From Azolla caroliniana (Eukaryota; Plantae; Polypodiophyta): a stretch of 64,000 bases of DNA. The notes below the pieces were generated by a model. It did no database searches. It was not told where the DNA came from and saw only the letters and a program-made list of their open reading frames with translations. Shown here piece by piece: positions 11,190-22,806 of this stretch. The stretch spans positions 17,174,001-17,238,000 of the forward strand of contig JBHGNT010000011.1 of NCBI GenBank assembly GCA_043228905.1, in the 5' to 3' direction. The position numbers and the translations under genes were made by a program. The stretch's first letter is position 1; the number at the start of each line of letters is the position of its first letter.

Positions 11190-12803
11190 CTCCCATGTAT
11201 GCACGAGTTCCAACGGTGCCTTTTTTCTCATTGGGGTTCTTGATTGGAAGGAGGTTCTGTTCTGTTTCCCCATCTTCACACATCCGTTGTCTCTGACTTT
11301 GTATGATGAGAAGCATTTTTTATCAGAGGTCAAGTGGAGTGACGCTCCAAAGTTGACCGCCCATGTCATTTTGTCGCTAACAAGGTTTACCTCATTATGC
11401 ACCTCCCCCTTTCTCTTTCCGAAAGTAGATTCACTTGTTGTGATCGCTGAGGTACCTTTTCGGTGCGGATTCTTCTTCGGCTCTGCACCATCAACTCCCC
11501 CTTTCTCTTTCCGAAAGTGTCGACAATTCTTTTAGAAGTGCCCCGAATTCCCACAATAGAAGCAAATGGGCCTCCCCCTTGACTTCGACCTCGTCCCTGA
11601 CTTCTCCCAAATTTGGGGACTTCTATTCCGGCCTCTCCCCCGGTTCATGTCACCTTCTGTGACTAATGCCTTGAGGTCGATAATGGACTCTCTGTCCTTC
11701 CGGCGAGCTTCCTCATTCAACAAGCTTGAATTCATCATCTCTAGGGATTGATGCTTCCCTTCCGGTCCGGTGCTGCCCAATGTGACAACGAGCGTCTCCT
11801 AGCTGTCGGGAAGGGATCCCAACAACAACAATGCTAATACCTCATCAGCAAGAGGTACTTCCAGAGAGGTGGTTTGATTTATCAATCCTTGGAAGACATT
11901 CAAGTGCTCCGCCATGCTGGAGTCATCTTGATACCAAAGTCTCACAATCTCTTGAAATACAAAGACTCTGTTGATTGCATTCTTGTTCTCAAACATTATG
12001 CCAATCTTCTTCCAGAGGACATCCGCCGTTGTCTCTTCATTAAAGTTGTTATATAGACTCTTGTCTATAAAAAATCTTATATACGTCGTCGTCTTAATAT
12101 GCATCACCTCCCACATCGATGCATCAATCTTGTCTGGTTTATCATCTCCAAACTACACCAACCACCATAGGTCTTTGCACACCAACATGTCCCTCATCTT
12201 CGACTTCCACACTGAATAGTTGGAGCCGGTTTGCTTGAACATTCCTCCAAGATGTTCATCCATCTGTTTGATACCAATTTGATGACGATACTTCCGGCCA
12301 CAACCGGTTAACATGTAAGATCGAAATGACGGAAAATAGGAAGACATAAAATGAAAGTACATAGACATAAGTATTTTTAATGTGGAAACCCTGATAGGGA
12401 AACCATGGGAGTCCACAAAATTCAAAATAGATCACTATGGTAGGAGGAATATACAAATAAGAAACTCCAAGGCAACAACCTTGAGTTCTTCTTCGTCCAC
12501 GCTCGGCTACAAAGTTACAACTCTCACTCCCTCTCCTACACTCTAGTTTCTCTTAATTACAGAGGCAACAACAACAATATGATTGTCCCTAGATGTATTT
12601 ATACTAATACATATTATGGGCTATTTACAAATCTGGTGTAAATAGGTGCGACAAGACCTATTCACAAATATGACAATTTCCAGATACCTCTCCAGATCTG
12701 ACCGGATGCCTTCTAGCCAATCCAGCGTTGGATCCGGTCCCTCTTCTTGTTCGGATCCGATCCGGCTCGTGCTCTTCCATCTAGAGGGACATGTTTCCTA
12801 ACA
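11190..12803 (-). mobile_element. Truncated degenerate copia (5' LTR 12280-12803, PBS, gag-protease fragment)
   Basis: LTR TGTTAGG..CATCA and PBS TGGTATCAAAC (12266-12276). ATG at 12263 gives NYSVWKSKMRDML, LLGSLPDS, LLNEEARR, CFYCGNSGHF, KAPLELVHT, with many stops. Confidence 0.85.
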
Positions 12804-13118
12804 CGATGCAACAAAAAGGAAAGTATGGCATAATTCCACCTCAGATCGGAAGTTGTATCTTAAAATAAGTGAAGCCCTTGCCATCGTTTCTTAAAGGCCA
12901 CTTGACGTTGCCATAGAACATCATTTGAACCTTGCAGATCATCATATTGACCACATAGTGTATAGACAAATAACAACCAGAATTCAATAAGCATTATTAA
13001 AAATTGCATCACATCTCGCTTTCCATATTATCCAAAGAGCCAATGATGTAATAGTATGCCAAATAACCAGATTTCAATTTAGTAAACCGTCGAATAGAAG
13101 ATGTCATGATATGGCAAG

Positions 13119-13170
13119 ACTCGAACCCATGACCTTATGCTACATGGGTCGAGCTCTTACTATTAGACTA
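13119..13170 (-). promoter_or_regulatory. tRNA-like Pol III A-box/B-box module in the Tcn1 LTR (copy also in the 3' LTR, ~18532-18583)
   Basis: Minus strand TAGTCTAATRG...AGGTCATGGGTTCGAGTC at tRNA spacing. Confidence 0.65.
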
Positions 13171-13587
13171 TGAATTGTAATTTGTAGGATATTATTTTCA
13201 TTTATGCTTTATCATAGAAAATTGATGTATATTCCAGATCTCTCTGGAACATTCTAGAAGCTTTAGGCTTATTCCTAAAAACACTATAAAAGGAGGCACA
13301 AGGCATTGTTTTGAACCAAATTGGTTCAACACCAGTCTTAAGCCTCTTAGCTGCTTTGTACTTATCTTTCACATAATATATTAGTTGTTGTCATCATCTC
13401 TCTCTCTCTCTCTCACTTCCTCTCTCGGGAGTCTTACGCAGTCCCGTCCCCTTAGTACTAATAGTACTACTCTTCTTTAGTACTAATTCCATCTCTGTTT
13501 TAGTACTATTCCTGACAGTTTGAACCAATTTTTCTCCTCCAGCCTACTTGTCACTCTCCCTCATCCTCCTACCCTTTTCCCTATACT

Positions 13588-14745
13588 ATGGCTACTGTTA
13601 GCGCCCAAGAATACCAATCCGTTTTCTCCGAGCTATAGTGCCTAAAAGAAAAGTTTGTTGCCCTGGAACAAGAAAACCAACGGTTGATAGGGGATCTGCA
13701 ACAAATCGCTCTAGAAAAACAACAAACGCAACAACAACATGGGGAGTTAGCGTTACGGGTACAACAACTCGAAGCAGCGTTGCAACAACAAGGATCAAGT
13801 CCCCAAGGATTTCATAAAGAGCCCAAGATTGGGCTTCTTGTGAAATTTGATGGAACGCGATCGCAATTTCGGGGATTCCTTAATAAGGTACGCTTAGTCA
13901 TCCAGATGCATCCTTCCCGATATCCCACTGATGCATCTCGAGTCGGCCTAATAGGCACGCTACTTACCGGCTCAACCTTGGCATGGTTTGCTCCGCTTCT
14001 AGAAAAACAATCGCCCTTGCTTAATCACTTTGAAGATTTTATTGGTGAGTTTAAAGCCTGCTTTGGAGATACCGACAGCATCAGGACGACGATCAACAAG
14101 ATCCGAAGATTGCGTCAAGGCGATTGTCCAGCCTTTGCCTACGCGGCAAATTTCCGTCTACTCGCCTCAGATATCCCTTGGGATGATCATGCCCTCATGG
14201 AGCAGTTTTGCTATGGCTTGCGCAACGATGTCAAAGACTTGCTTTTAACCTTCCCCGAAGAACCAAAGTCTCTTACAGAGGCAATCAGTCGAGCGGTCTG
14301 ATGCGACAACCGCCTTTTCGAACGGCGTTCGGAACGTCAGTTACAAATACCACACTCTCGGCCGGAACCCACATACGCCTCAGTCACGGCTAAACCATTT
14401 GCACGCGATGTACCTCAAGCCAATATTCCGACACCGATGGAGATCGACACCATGCGTCGACGCGACCCGTTATCGGAAGAAGAAAAGCAACGACGACATG
14501 CCAATCGATTATGTCTTTATTGCGGTGGACCAGGGCATATCGCCATCAATTGTCCCCATAGGCCAAGAAGACAGGTAAATCAAATCGTCGCCTGTACTAA
14601 ACCCGAGTCAATTCTTCCCTTCGGAGTGTCTGATAGTATTAATAGTACTAATAGAGTGTCTGATAGTATTCATAGTACTAATAGCCCAAGTATCTCAAAT
14701 AAATTTGAAATCCTTAGTCAATTAGATGAAGAGTTAAACGATTGA
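13588..14745 (+). pseudogene. Tcn1-like gag (capsid + CCHC), with stops/frameshift
   Basis: KFDGTRSQFRGFL, LRQG..AYAANF, FCYGLRNDVKD, PMEID, CLYCGGPGHIAINC. Confidence 0.9.
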
Positions 14746-14788
14746 GTCCAGCCAAAATAGGAGCCGTTTGGTTGGATAGCAGCCCTAG
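14733..14788 (+). other. Putative -1 ribosomal frameshift signal (gag-pol)
   Basis: G_TTA_AAC in the gag frame, 7-nt spacer, then stem TCCAGCCAAA (14747-14756)/TTTGGTTGGA (14767-14776). The pol ORF is in the -1 frame. Confidence 0.7.
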
Positions 14789-17700
14789 ATCTATACAGCC
14801 CATTAGTGGTTCCATTCCTTCCAAGAAAGTTAGCAATGTGTTCCTAGCCCAAGTCATTGTTAGTACTAAAAGTACTCCCCCAGTACCCGTCCTAGCACTT
14901 TTAGATTCCGGAGCTAATTCCTGTTTCATGGATCGAAATTTTGCCCAAGCTTCTCAGATATCCTTAAGAAAACTTCCTTGTCCCGCATCTGTAGTAGTCA
15001 TTGATGGTCGTCCCATTGCTTCCGGGAATATTGTAGAAGAATTAGAACCCATTCAAGTTGTCCTAGGTAGTTTTGTGTGTGTAATATCATTTAATATAAT
15101 TAAGTGCAATGAATATATATTCTTGAGAATTATTAAAGCTAATACATCATCCTTTAATCTCCTTTTACATTCATTTTTTTCCATAAAAAATATGCTCCAT
15201 TGGTATTAAAATTAACAATGCCAAAGGCAATCTACAAATTGTACATAATAGTTTCCACTCCATAAGTATATAATATCATTTAATATAATTAGTAGTCCAG
15301 AGCATCCCATTGTCCTAGGATTACCTTGGTTTGAATTACATAATCCAGCCATAGATTGGAGAACAAGAGAAGTCTGATATCGACCACCCCAAGAATCAAC
15401 TCACCGAGTTTCGACCATTTCACTCCATCAACTACGCGAAGAAGGACCCAAGGAGGCAATGTTCCTATTTGCAATATCAGTACATCCTTCCAACACTATT
15501 AAGAAGGACTCCTCAGTACAACTTCCAGCAAAATATCATCCTTATGCCAATGTATTTGACAAGGTAAAAGCCGGTACCCTTCCTCATCACCGTCCCTATG
15601 ATTGTCCCATCGATTTACAACCAGAAACCGAGCCACCATGGGGACCAATTTACAACTTGTCACCCACCGAGTTAGAAGTCCTTCGAGCCTACATAGAGGA
15701 GAACTTGGCAAGCGGGTTCATCCGTCATTCGAAATCTCCGGCCGGTGCACCCATCTTCTTTGTCAAGAAGAAAGATGGCTCACTTCGTCTCGTCGTTGAT
15801 TACCGCGGATTGAATAAAGTCACCATCCGGAATAGGTAAGCACTTCCTCTTATATCAAGTCTTTTAGAGCGAGTTAATGGTGCCAAGTTTTTTACTAAAA
15901 TCGACCTACGAGGAGCGTATAACCTTGTGTGGATCCGACCGGGAGATCAATGGAAGACCGCCTTTTGCACGCGGTATGGGCATTTCGAGTATACTGTTAT
16001 GCCGTTCGGCCTAACCAATGCACCCGCAGTCTTCCAACACATGGCAAATGATATATTCAGAGACCTCTTGGATATCTGTTTGATCATCTATTTGGATGAT
16101 CTATTGATTTATTCGAAGACCCAGGAAGAGCACGATTTTCATGTACTATTAGTACTAAAGCGACTCCGCGAGAATGGTCTTTATGCCAAGCTAGAAAAAT
16201 GTAGCTTTGATTGCAAGCAAGTGGAATTTCTAGGCTACGTCATCTCCTCAAAGGGCATCACCATGGATCCAGCTAAAATCCAAACTGTACTAGAGTGGCA
16301 AATTCCACGGTCGGTACGAGATGTACAATGTTTTCCAGGTTTTGCTAACTTCTACCGTAAGTTTATACAGGATTACTCGAAGATTATTTTACCTCTCACA
16401 CAACTTACGAAGAGGGGCCAAGCATTTCTTTGGTCCATCGAAGCAGATATGGCTTTTCGGCATCTTAAGAAAGCCTTTACATCAGCACCGATTCTAGCTC
16501 ATCTGGATACAAGAAAACCATTCATCATGGAGGCCGACGCATCAGATTTCGCCCTTAGTAGCATCCTTTCTCAACAAGGAGATAAAGAAGATTTGCATCC
16601 GGTGGCTTTCCATTCGCGCAAATTCGATGTCGCAGAAATCAACTACGAAATACATGACAAAGAATTATTAGCCATCGTGTATTCATTTGTGCAATGGCGG
16701 CATTTCTTAGAGGGCTCTCCACATCAGGTCATTGTCTTTAGCGATCATAAAAATCTTGCTTATTTTTAGAACGCTCGCGTACTAAATTGACGGCAAGCTC
16801 GGTGGGCGCAATTCCTCACACGTTTCAATTTCAAAATCACATATCGACAGGGGAAGCAGCAAGGAAAAGCAGATGCACTATCACGACGTTCATATCTTGC
16901 ACCTCGTCCTGGTGATGCAACATTTGATAATCAAAAGCAAGTAATCTTGGGACCAACACGATTGCACACGACGCGGATTTTTCACACCCCGATGGATTCA
17001 CGGATTACTGATGACATACGTGCAACCTTGAAAACGGATAGTTTTGCTCAAGACATCCTGGTGCACATTGATACTTCTGAGGCATCCTGTTCTCGGTCTC
17101 AACAACCAGGTATTGACTACCGACAATTCGAATATCATGATGGTTTGTTATTCTTTAAAAAGCGCGTATATGTCCCCGATTGCTCCTGTCGCCTTCAAAT
17201 CGTCCAACATTGTCATGACACCCATACGACGGGACATTTCGGTAGTACTAAGACATTGGAGCTAGTGCAACGATCTTTTTGGTGGCCCCACATGCGCCGT
17301 TTTGTCGACGACTACGTTCAGACTTGTGATGCTTGCTGCCGAGCAAAGATGCCACGACACCATCCATATGGCTTGTTGGAACCCTTACCGATTCCAAGTA
17401 AGCCGTGGCAGTGTATTTGTCTTGATTTTATCACAGATCTGCCCGTCTCGAAGGGGTTCGATGCTATCCTAACTGTCGTCGATCGATATACGAAGATGGC
17501 ACATTTTGTGCCGTGTACTAAAGCCATCACTAGCGAGGAAACCGCCGCCCTTGTTATGCGTGAGGTATTTCCGCATCATGGCCTCCCAGACAGTATCATC
17601 AGTGACCGAGGACCGCAATTTGTCTCCAAATTTTGGCAGCATCTCTTCAAGATGCTCAAGGTCTCCTACAACCTCTCCTCCGGCTACCATCCTCAGACCG

Positions 17701-18503
17701 ATGGGCAGGCGAAACGAACAAACCAAATGCTGGAGCAATATCTCTGATGTTTCCTGAGTTATCAACAGGACGATTGGGACGAGATTCTCCACTTTGCAGA
17801 GTTTGCGTATAATAATGCTATTCACTCCTCGACTTGGGTGTCCCCATTTTTCGCTTATACCGGTTTCCATCCTCGCTGGTCGGTGATCGACACCCCGGAG
17901 CTACCTACCAACCCTCGTGCCGAGGATCATTTGGAGAGGCTACGCAAGATCCAGATGGATCTCTCTACTCACCTTCGTCATGCTCAACACACACAAAAGA
18001 CTTATGCGGATCGTCATCGGATTCCCTCCTCTTTTGCCATCGGAGATCGAGTATGGCTCTTACGTCGTCACATCAAGACTACTCGACCGTGCGACAAGTT
18101 GGAGTATCGACGACTCGGTCCCTTCCGTATTAGGGGTAAGATTAATGATGTCACATTCCGCCTTGATCTTCCTCCGCAGCTTCAGATACATCCGGTTTTC
18201 CATTGTTCTCTTCTTGAACCTTATAAAGCAAACACCATTCCCGATCGTGTGACACCACCGCCGCCCTTGTTGGAGTTGGACGTCGGCCCGGAGTATGAAG
18301 TTGCTGCCATCCTCGATTCCAAACTTGTTCGCAACAACCTTTATTACTTGGTCGATTGGCTCGGTTATAGTCCGAGCGAACGTACTTGGGAACCCGTCGA
18401 GCATGTTGCCAATGCACAGGATCTTCTTGCTGATTTCCACCGAAAGTATCCGGACAAACCTGGTCCGCAATCAGCGCCGACTCGTTCCACTCGTCGTCTT
18501 TAA
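14742..18503 (+). pseudogene. Tcn1-like pol: protease, RT, RNase H, integrase, chromodomain (interrupted by stops and a 189-bp insertion)
   Basis: ALLDSGA, YLDDLLI, EADASDFA, H..GHFG..CDAC, SDRGPQF, GPF, EYEVAAILD..YYLVDWLGY..TWEP. Confidence 0.93.
15082..15291. mobile_element. 168-bp AT-rich insertion flanked by a 21-bp direct repeat
   Basis: TAATATCATTTAATATAATTA at 15082-15102 and 15271-15291. Removal restores protease ISFNIISSPEHPIVLGLPW. Confidence 0.85.
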
Positions 18504-19889
18504 GGGGGAGATAGTGTCATGATATGGCAAGACTCAAACCCATGACCTTATGCTACATGGGTCGAGCTCTTACCATTAGACTATGAATTGTAATTTGTAG
18601 GATATTATTTTCATTTATACTTTATCATAGAAAATTGATGTATATTCCAGATCTCTCTGGAACATTCTAGAAGCTTCAGGCTTATTCCTAAAAACACTAT
18701 AAAAGGAGGCACAAGGCATTGTTTTGAACCAAATTGGTTCAACACCAGTCTTAAGCCTCTTAGTTGCTTTGTACTTATCTTTCACATAATATATTAGTTG
18801 TTGTCATCATCTCTCTCTCTCTCACTTCCTCTCTCGGGAGTCTTACGCAGTCCCGTCCCCTTAGTACTAATAGTACTACTCTTCTTTAGTACTAATTCCA
18901 TCTCTGTTTTAGTACTATTCCTGACAGAAGATGGAAATGAGATGAGATAGAGGTGTCCATAGGAAAAGCGAGAGACATGAGAAGCATGCCTACTTGCATA
19001 CTTCATAATATCTCCATGAAGGACACCCCATAATACAACACCCCTCGAGAAAATAGAACGAGAATAATGTTGTCTCAGCAATAAAAACAACTTAGTACTC
19101 CAAAATTGCTTGGTCTTGGGACATAACCAAAACACACGCAAAATAGATTCCATAGATGCACCACAATGCATTCCACAAGCATATTGCTGATTTTGCCTCA
19201 ACCAATCACCAACAGGAAGAGCATAATGCATCAACAACCAACGAACACAAATAACTTTTTTTAGCAACTACATACTCCACAACCATTTCCAAAATTTGGC
19301 AAGTTGCATTGCGTGCACAATATTTGCAGTCCAATGCTTCATGGCAGTAGGGCATTTATACTTTGATTGCAACAACAAGTTTCTACCTAGCTTAACGGAA
19401 TATTGGAAAAACTCCAAATGTTTACCATTTCCACCAGCACTCGCTTATTTCCATTGATAATCAGTCAGATCCCAATCCAAATTGTAAAGAGACTTTTTTT
19501 GAAAAACCCACAATGAGCAACACAACAAGCATTCTTGAAATGGTGGATCCAAGAACCATTTTTTTCCAGATCTTGCAACTACTCGATTAGCCGAAACATT
19601 GGTGTACATCCACACATCTTATGTAGAAAATACATGCCACAACCTACCATCATCATCTACATTAAAGTATTTAGCATCACCCATAGTGTTAGTTACTTGA
19701 GCTCCTAAAATAACTTTTAAAGGAGAGGAATAACCAAACCAAATCTGATTGCTAGAACCATGAAGCCCTAAATTGTCCAAATGCCACTTGCATATCATTG
19801 CACATAATAGCACCTACTCAAACTAAAAACATTGACAAAGATTGTTATAGTTGATTCATAACATAACATCCTCATGACAGAACATTACC

Positions 19890-20400
19890 TGTCATGAACA
19901 TATACCAAAACTCCAAGACTTGTAATAAAGATTCGAACCCATGACCTCGTCAAATATAATATGTAGCTTCAACCACTAGGATACATCATATTACATTTAT
20001 TGAATTGTAAATTCTTATATTAGATCATGAAGAAATATATCTAATAGTGTGAAACGTTGCCACCGCATAGGCTAACGCATGATTACCAAGTGTCATGCTT
20101 GCATGAATGCCAAGTGGCATGCTTGCATGAATGCCAAGTGGCATGCTTGCATGAATGACAAATGGCAAGCATGCGTCTATGAGGTGGCGAGCATGCATGT
20201 ATCCAAAGCATGCTATATAAACATATAGCGAACTATTGATGAACCATTCCGGTTCAACGCCAGTCTTCGGCGTACTCTTATAACCCTTGTTCTCATTGCT
20301 AATACATTTTCAATATCTTATTTCTCTCTCATTCCTCTCTTATTTTCTATTTCTCATTCTTTTCTTCATGTTAAACTTGTCTTTGGCTACGGCCCTGACA
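19890..20400 (+). mobile_element. Solo LTR of a second Tcn1-like family; TSD TTACC
   Basis: TGTCATGA..CCTGACA, with TTACC at 19885-19889 and 20401-20405. Shares GAACCCATGACC and GGTTCAACGCCAGTC with the 13102 LTR. Confidence 0.9.
20086..20175. repeat. 24-bp tandem repeat (CCAAGTGGCATGCTTGCATGAATG, about 3.5 copies) in U3
   Basis: Direct reading. Confidence 0.9.
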
Positions 20401-20833
20401 TTACCTGCAACTGATGCATCCAAGGAAGCCCAATTCAGCCGAGGATGGCTACCAAACAGAAAACCCCTTGCATCAGAGAAGAGAAAATTCTAGGTCAAAG
20501 GTTATTTTCCGAACTAGAAACTTTTAACAAGTGACCAACCTATGAAAATTCCATTAAAAAATCTAACTTCTGATAAGGTTGTTTTAAACAAATGAAAATT
20601 CTGAATAAAGGCCCATCTTAATGAGGGTTGCCACATTCCACCTATTGTCGAACACATAGTAGACAACATATGCACCATCAACTGACTCCAAACATCTTGC
20701 ATTGGCAACATAGCTCTACACACAAGTTACATTGTGATTCTGGATTCACCAGCCCCAACCCACCATTTTGTCATGGAGCAATCAATATTGCCCAAGCTAC
20801 TTTAGGCCTTTTATCTTGACCTAGCGTTGCACC

Positions 20834-22806
20834 TGTCACGGACACACCAAGCACGGACTAAGACGGAGCAAGGATGATGAGGCTACAACGGAGCGATGAC
20901 GGAATGACGCAAGAGCATAAAGATAGAGATGAAGATTAAGGAGACAATATTGGGCGAAACGAGAATACTAGATTGATATGTCCATGACTGGCGTTGTTCA
21001 CCTTGAATTCCTTCAAGGTGAACTCAACTATTTATACTAAGTGGCATGCATACCTGTTGCACGCATGTGATACAATAGAGCATGTAGGCAATAGGTACGC
21101 ATGCATGTGCCAAGTGTAAATAATACAAGGAAGAAATTATGCACATGATGCTAGCTAAAACCTACAATGAGGAAGTATACACATGATTATATGTTAGATG
21201 TGTGGTTAACACATAACACTCGATTATAAGATGGTCATGTCAAGAGTTCGAATCTTGACATTATCCCCCCTCCAACGATGCCTTCCCAAATTGTTTATCG
21301 GCTTAAGGGGATATTGTTGATGAAAATCTTAGATCACCTCCAAAGTATTTTGTAAATCCTAGACAAGGAGTAACCCTTCCACAAGACGAGGTATTTAACA
21401 CCAACGGGCATGAGCGACCATGTGTGGTCCTTGCCTAGGACTGGAAGACAAATATCAACGGGTGTGAGTGACTATGTGCGGTCCTCACGGGGAGAATGAA
21501 CACCAAGGGGCATGAGTAATCACATGGGGTCCTTACCGGGAACTAGAATGGTCCTCACTGAGAGTTGGAACACAAACACCAACAGGCGTGAGCAACCATG
21601 TTGTCCTCACCGAGAAATGGAACACGAATGAGTGAGTGACCATGTGGCCCTCAGCGGGAACAGGAACACGAACGGGAGTAATCGACCATGTGTGGTCCTC
21701 ACCGGGAACTAGAACACGAACAACAATGGGCATGAGCGACCATGTCGGTCCTCACCAGGATCTGGAACACGAACAATAGTTGGAGTGAGCGACCATGTGC
21801 GGTTCTCACCGGAGACTGGAACACGAACGGGAGTGAGAGACCATGCGGCCCTCACCGGAACAGGAACACGAACGGGCGTGAGCGACCATGCGGCCCTCAT
21901 CGGAAACTCGAACACGAACGGGTGTGAGCGACCATGAGGCCCTCACCGGGAACTCGAACACCAACATGCGTGAACGACCATGCGGCCCTCACTAGGAACT
22001 AGAACACGAACACCAACAGGAGTGAGCGGCCTTGTGCAGACCTCACCGGGAATTGGAACACGAACACCAACAGGAGTGAGTGGCTTTGTGCGGCCCTCAC
22101 CGGGAACTCGAACACGAACACCAACGGTAGTGAGCAGCCTTGTGCGGCCCTCATCGGGAACTAGAACACGAACACGAACACGAAAGAAACTAAAAAATAG
22201 AGACAAAGATGAGGAGAATCTAAAAGCCAATGAAAATGATGAGAAGAAACTAGGAGATAGAAATGGCGAGGAAGATAGGAAATGACGCGATGTTGATGAT
22301 GGTACAGTGACGATGGTAACTCTAGAAGCAAGGGCGATGACGAAGACGGGTGATGCTTCTAGTTGGAAGGTGAACAAACTGTCACGGACACACCAAGCGC
22401 GGACTAAGACGGAGCAAGGATGATGAGGCTACAATGGAGCGATGACGGAATGACGCAAGAGCATAAAGATAGAGATGAAGATTAAGGAGACAATATTGGG
22501 CGAAACGAGAATACTAGATTGATATGTCCATGACTGGCGTTGTTCACCTTGAATTCCTTCAAGGTGAACTCAACTATTTATACTAAGTGGCATGCATACC
22601 TGTTGCACGCATGTGATACAATAGAGCATGTAGGCAATAGGTACGCATGCATGTGCCAAGTGTAAATAATACAAGGAAGAAATTATGCACATGATGCTAG
22701 CTAAAACCTACAATGAGGAAGTATACACATGATTATATGTTAGATGTGTGGTTAACACATAACACTCGATTATAAGATGGTCATGTCAAGAGTTCGAATC
22801 TTGACA
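20834..22806 (-). mobile_element. Non-autonomous Tcn1-derived element (TRIM-like, 1973 bp); TSD GCACC
   Basis: 427-bp LTRs at 20834-21260 and 22380-22806 (2 differences seen). PPT GGAGGGGGGATAA on the minus strand. Chromodomain remnant KYLVLWKGY and DFHQQYPLKP at ~21300-21395. No gag or pol. Confidence 0.93.
21395..22183. repeat. Degenerate ~45-55-bp tandem array (GAACACGAACGGGCGTGAGCGACCATGCGGCCCTCACCGGGAACT-like)
   Basis: About 15 recognisable units inside the non-autonomous element. Confidence 0.9.

Larger units (their letters stand above)
13102..18926 (+). mobile_element. Ty3/gypsy chromovirus (Tcn1-like), full length but decayed; 5-bp TSD GAAGA
   Basis: LTRs at 13102-13517 and 18515-18926 (about 5 substitutions). 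PPT AAGGGGGAGATAG at 18502-18514. Domain order PR-RT-RH-IN-chromodomain, no tRNA PBS. Confidence 0.95.

Noticed and set aside
21395-22183. Repeat array as a CRISPR array or a repeat-protein gene (ORFs 21709-22377)
   Set aside because: Units are contiguous and degenerate with no unique spacers and no cas genes. The ORFs are by-products of the tandem repeat.
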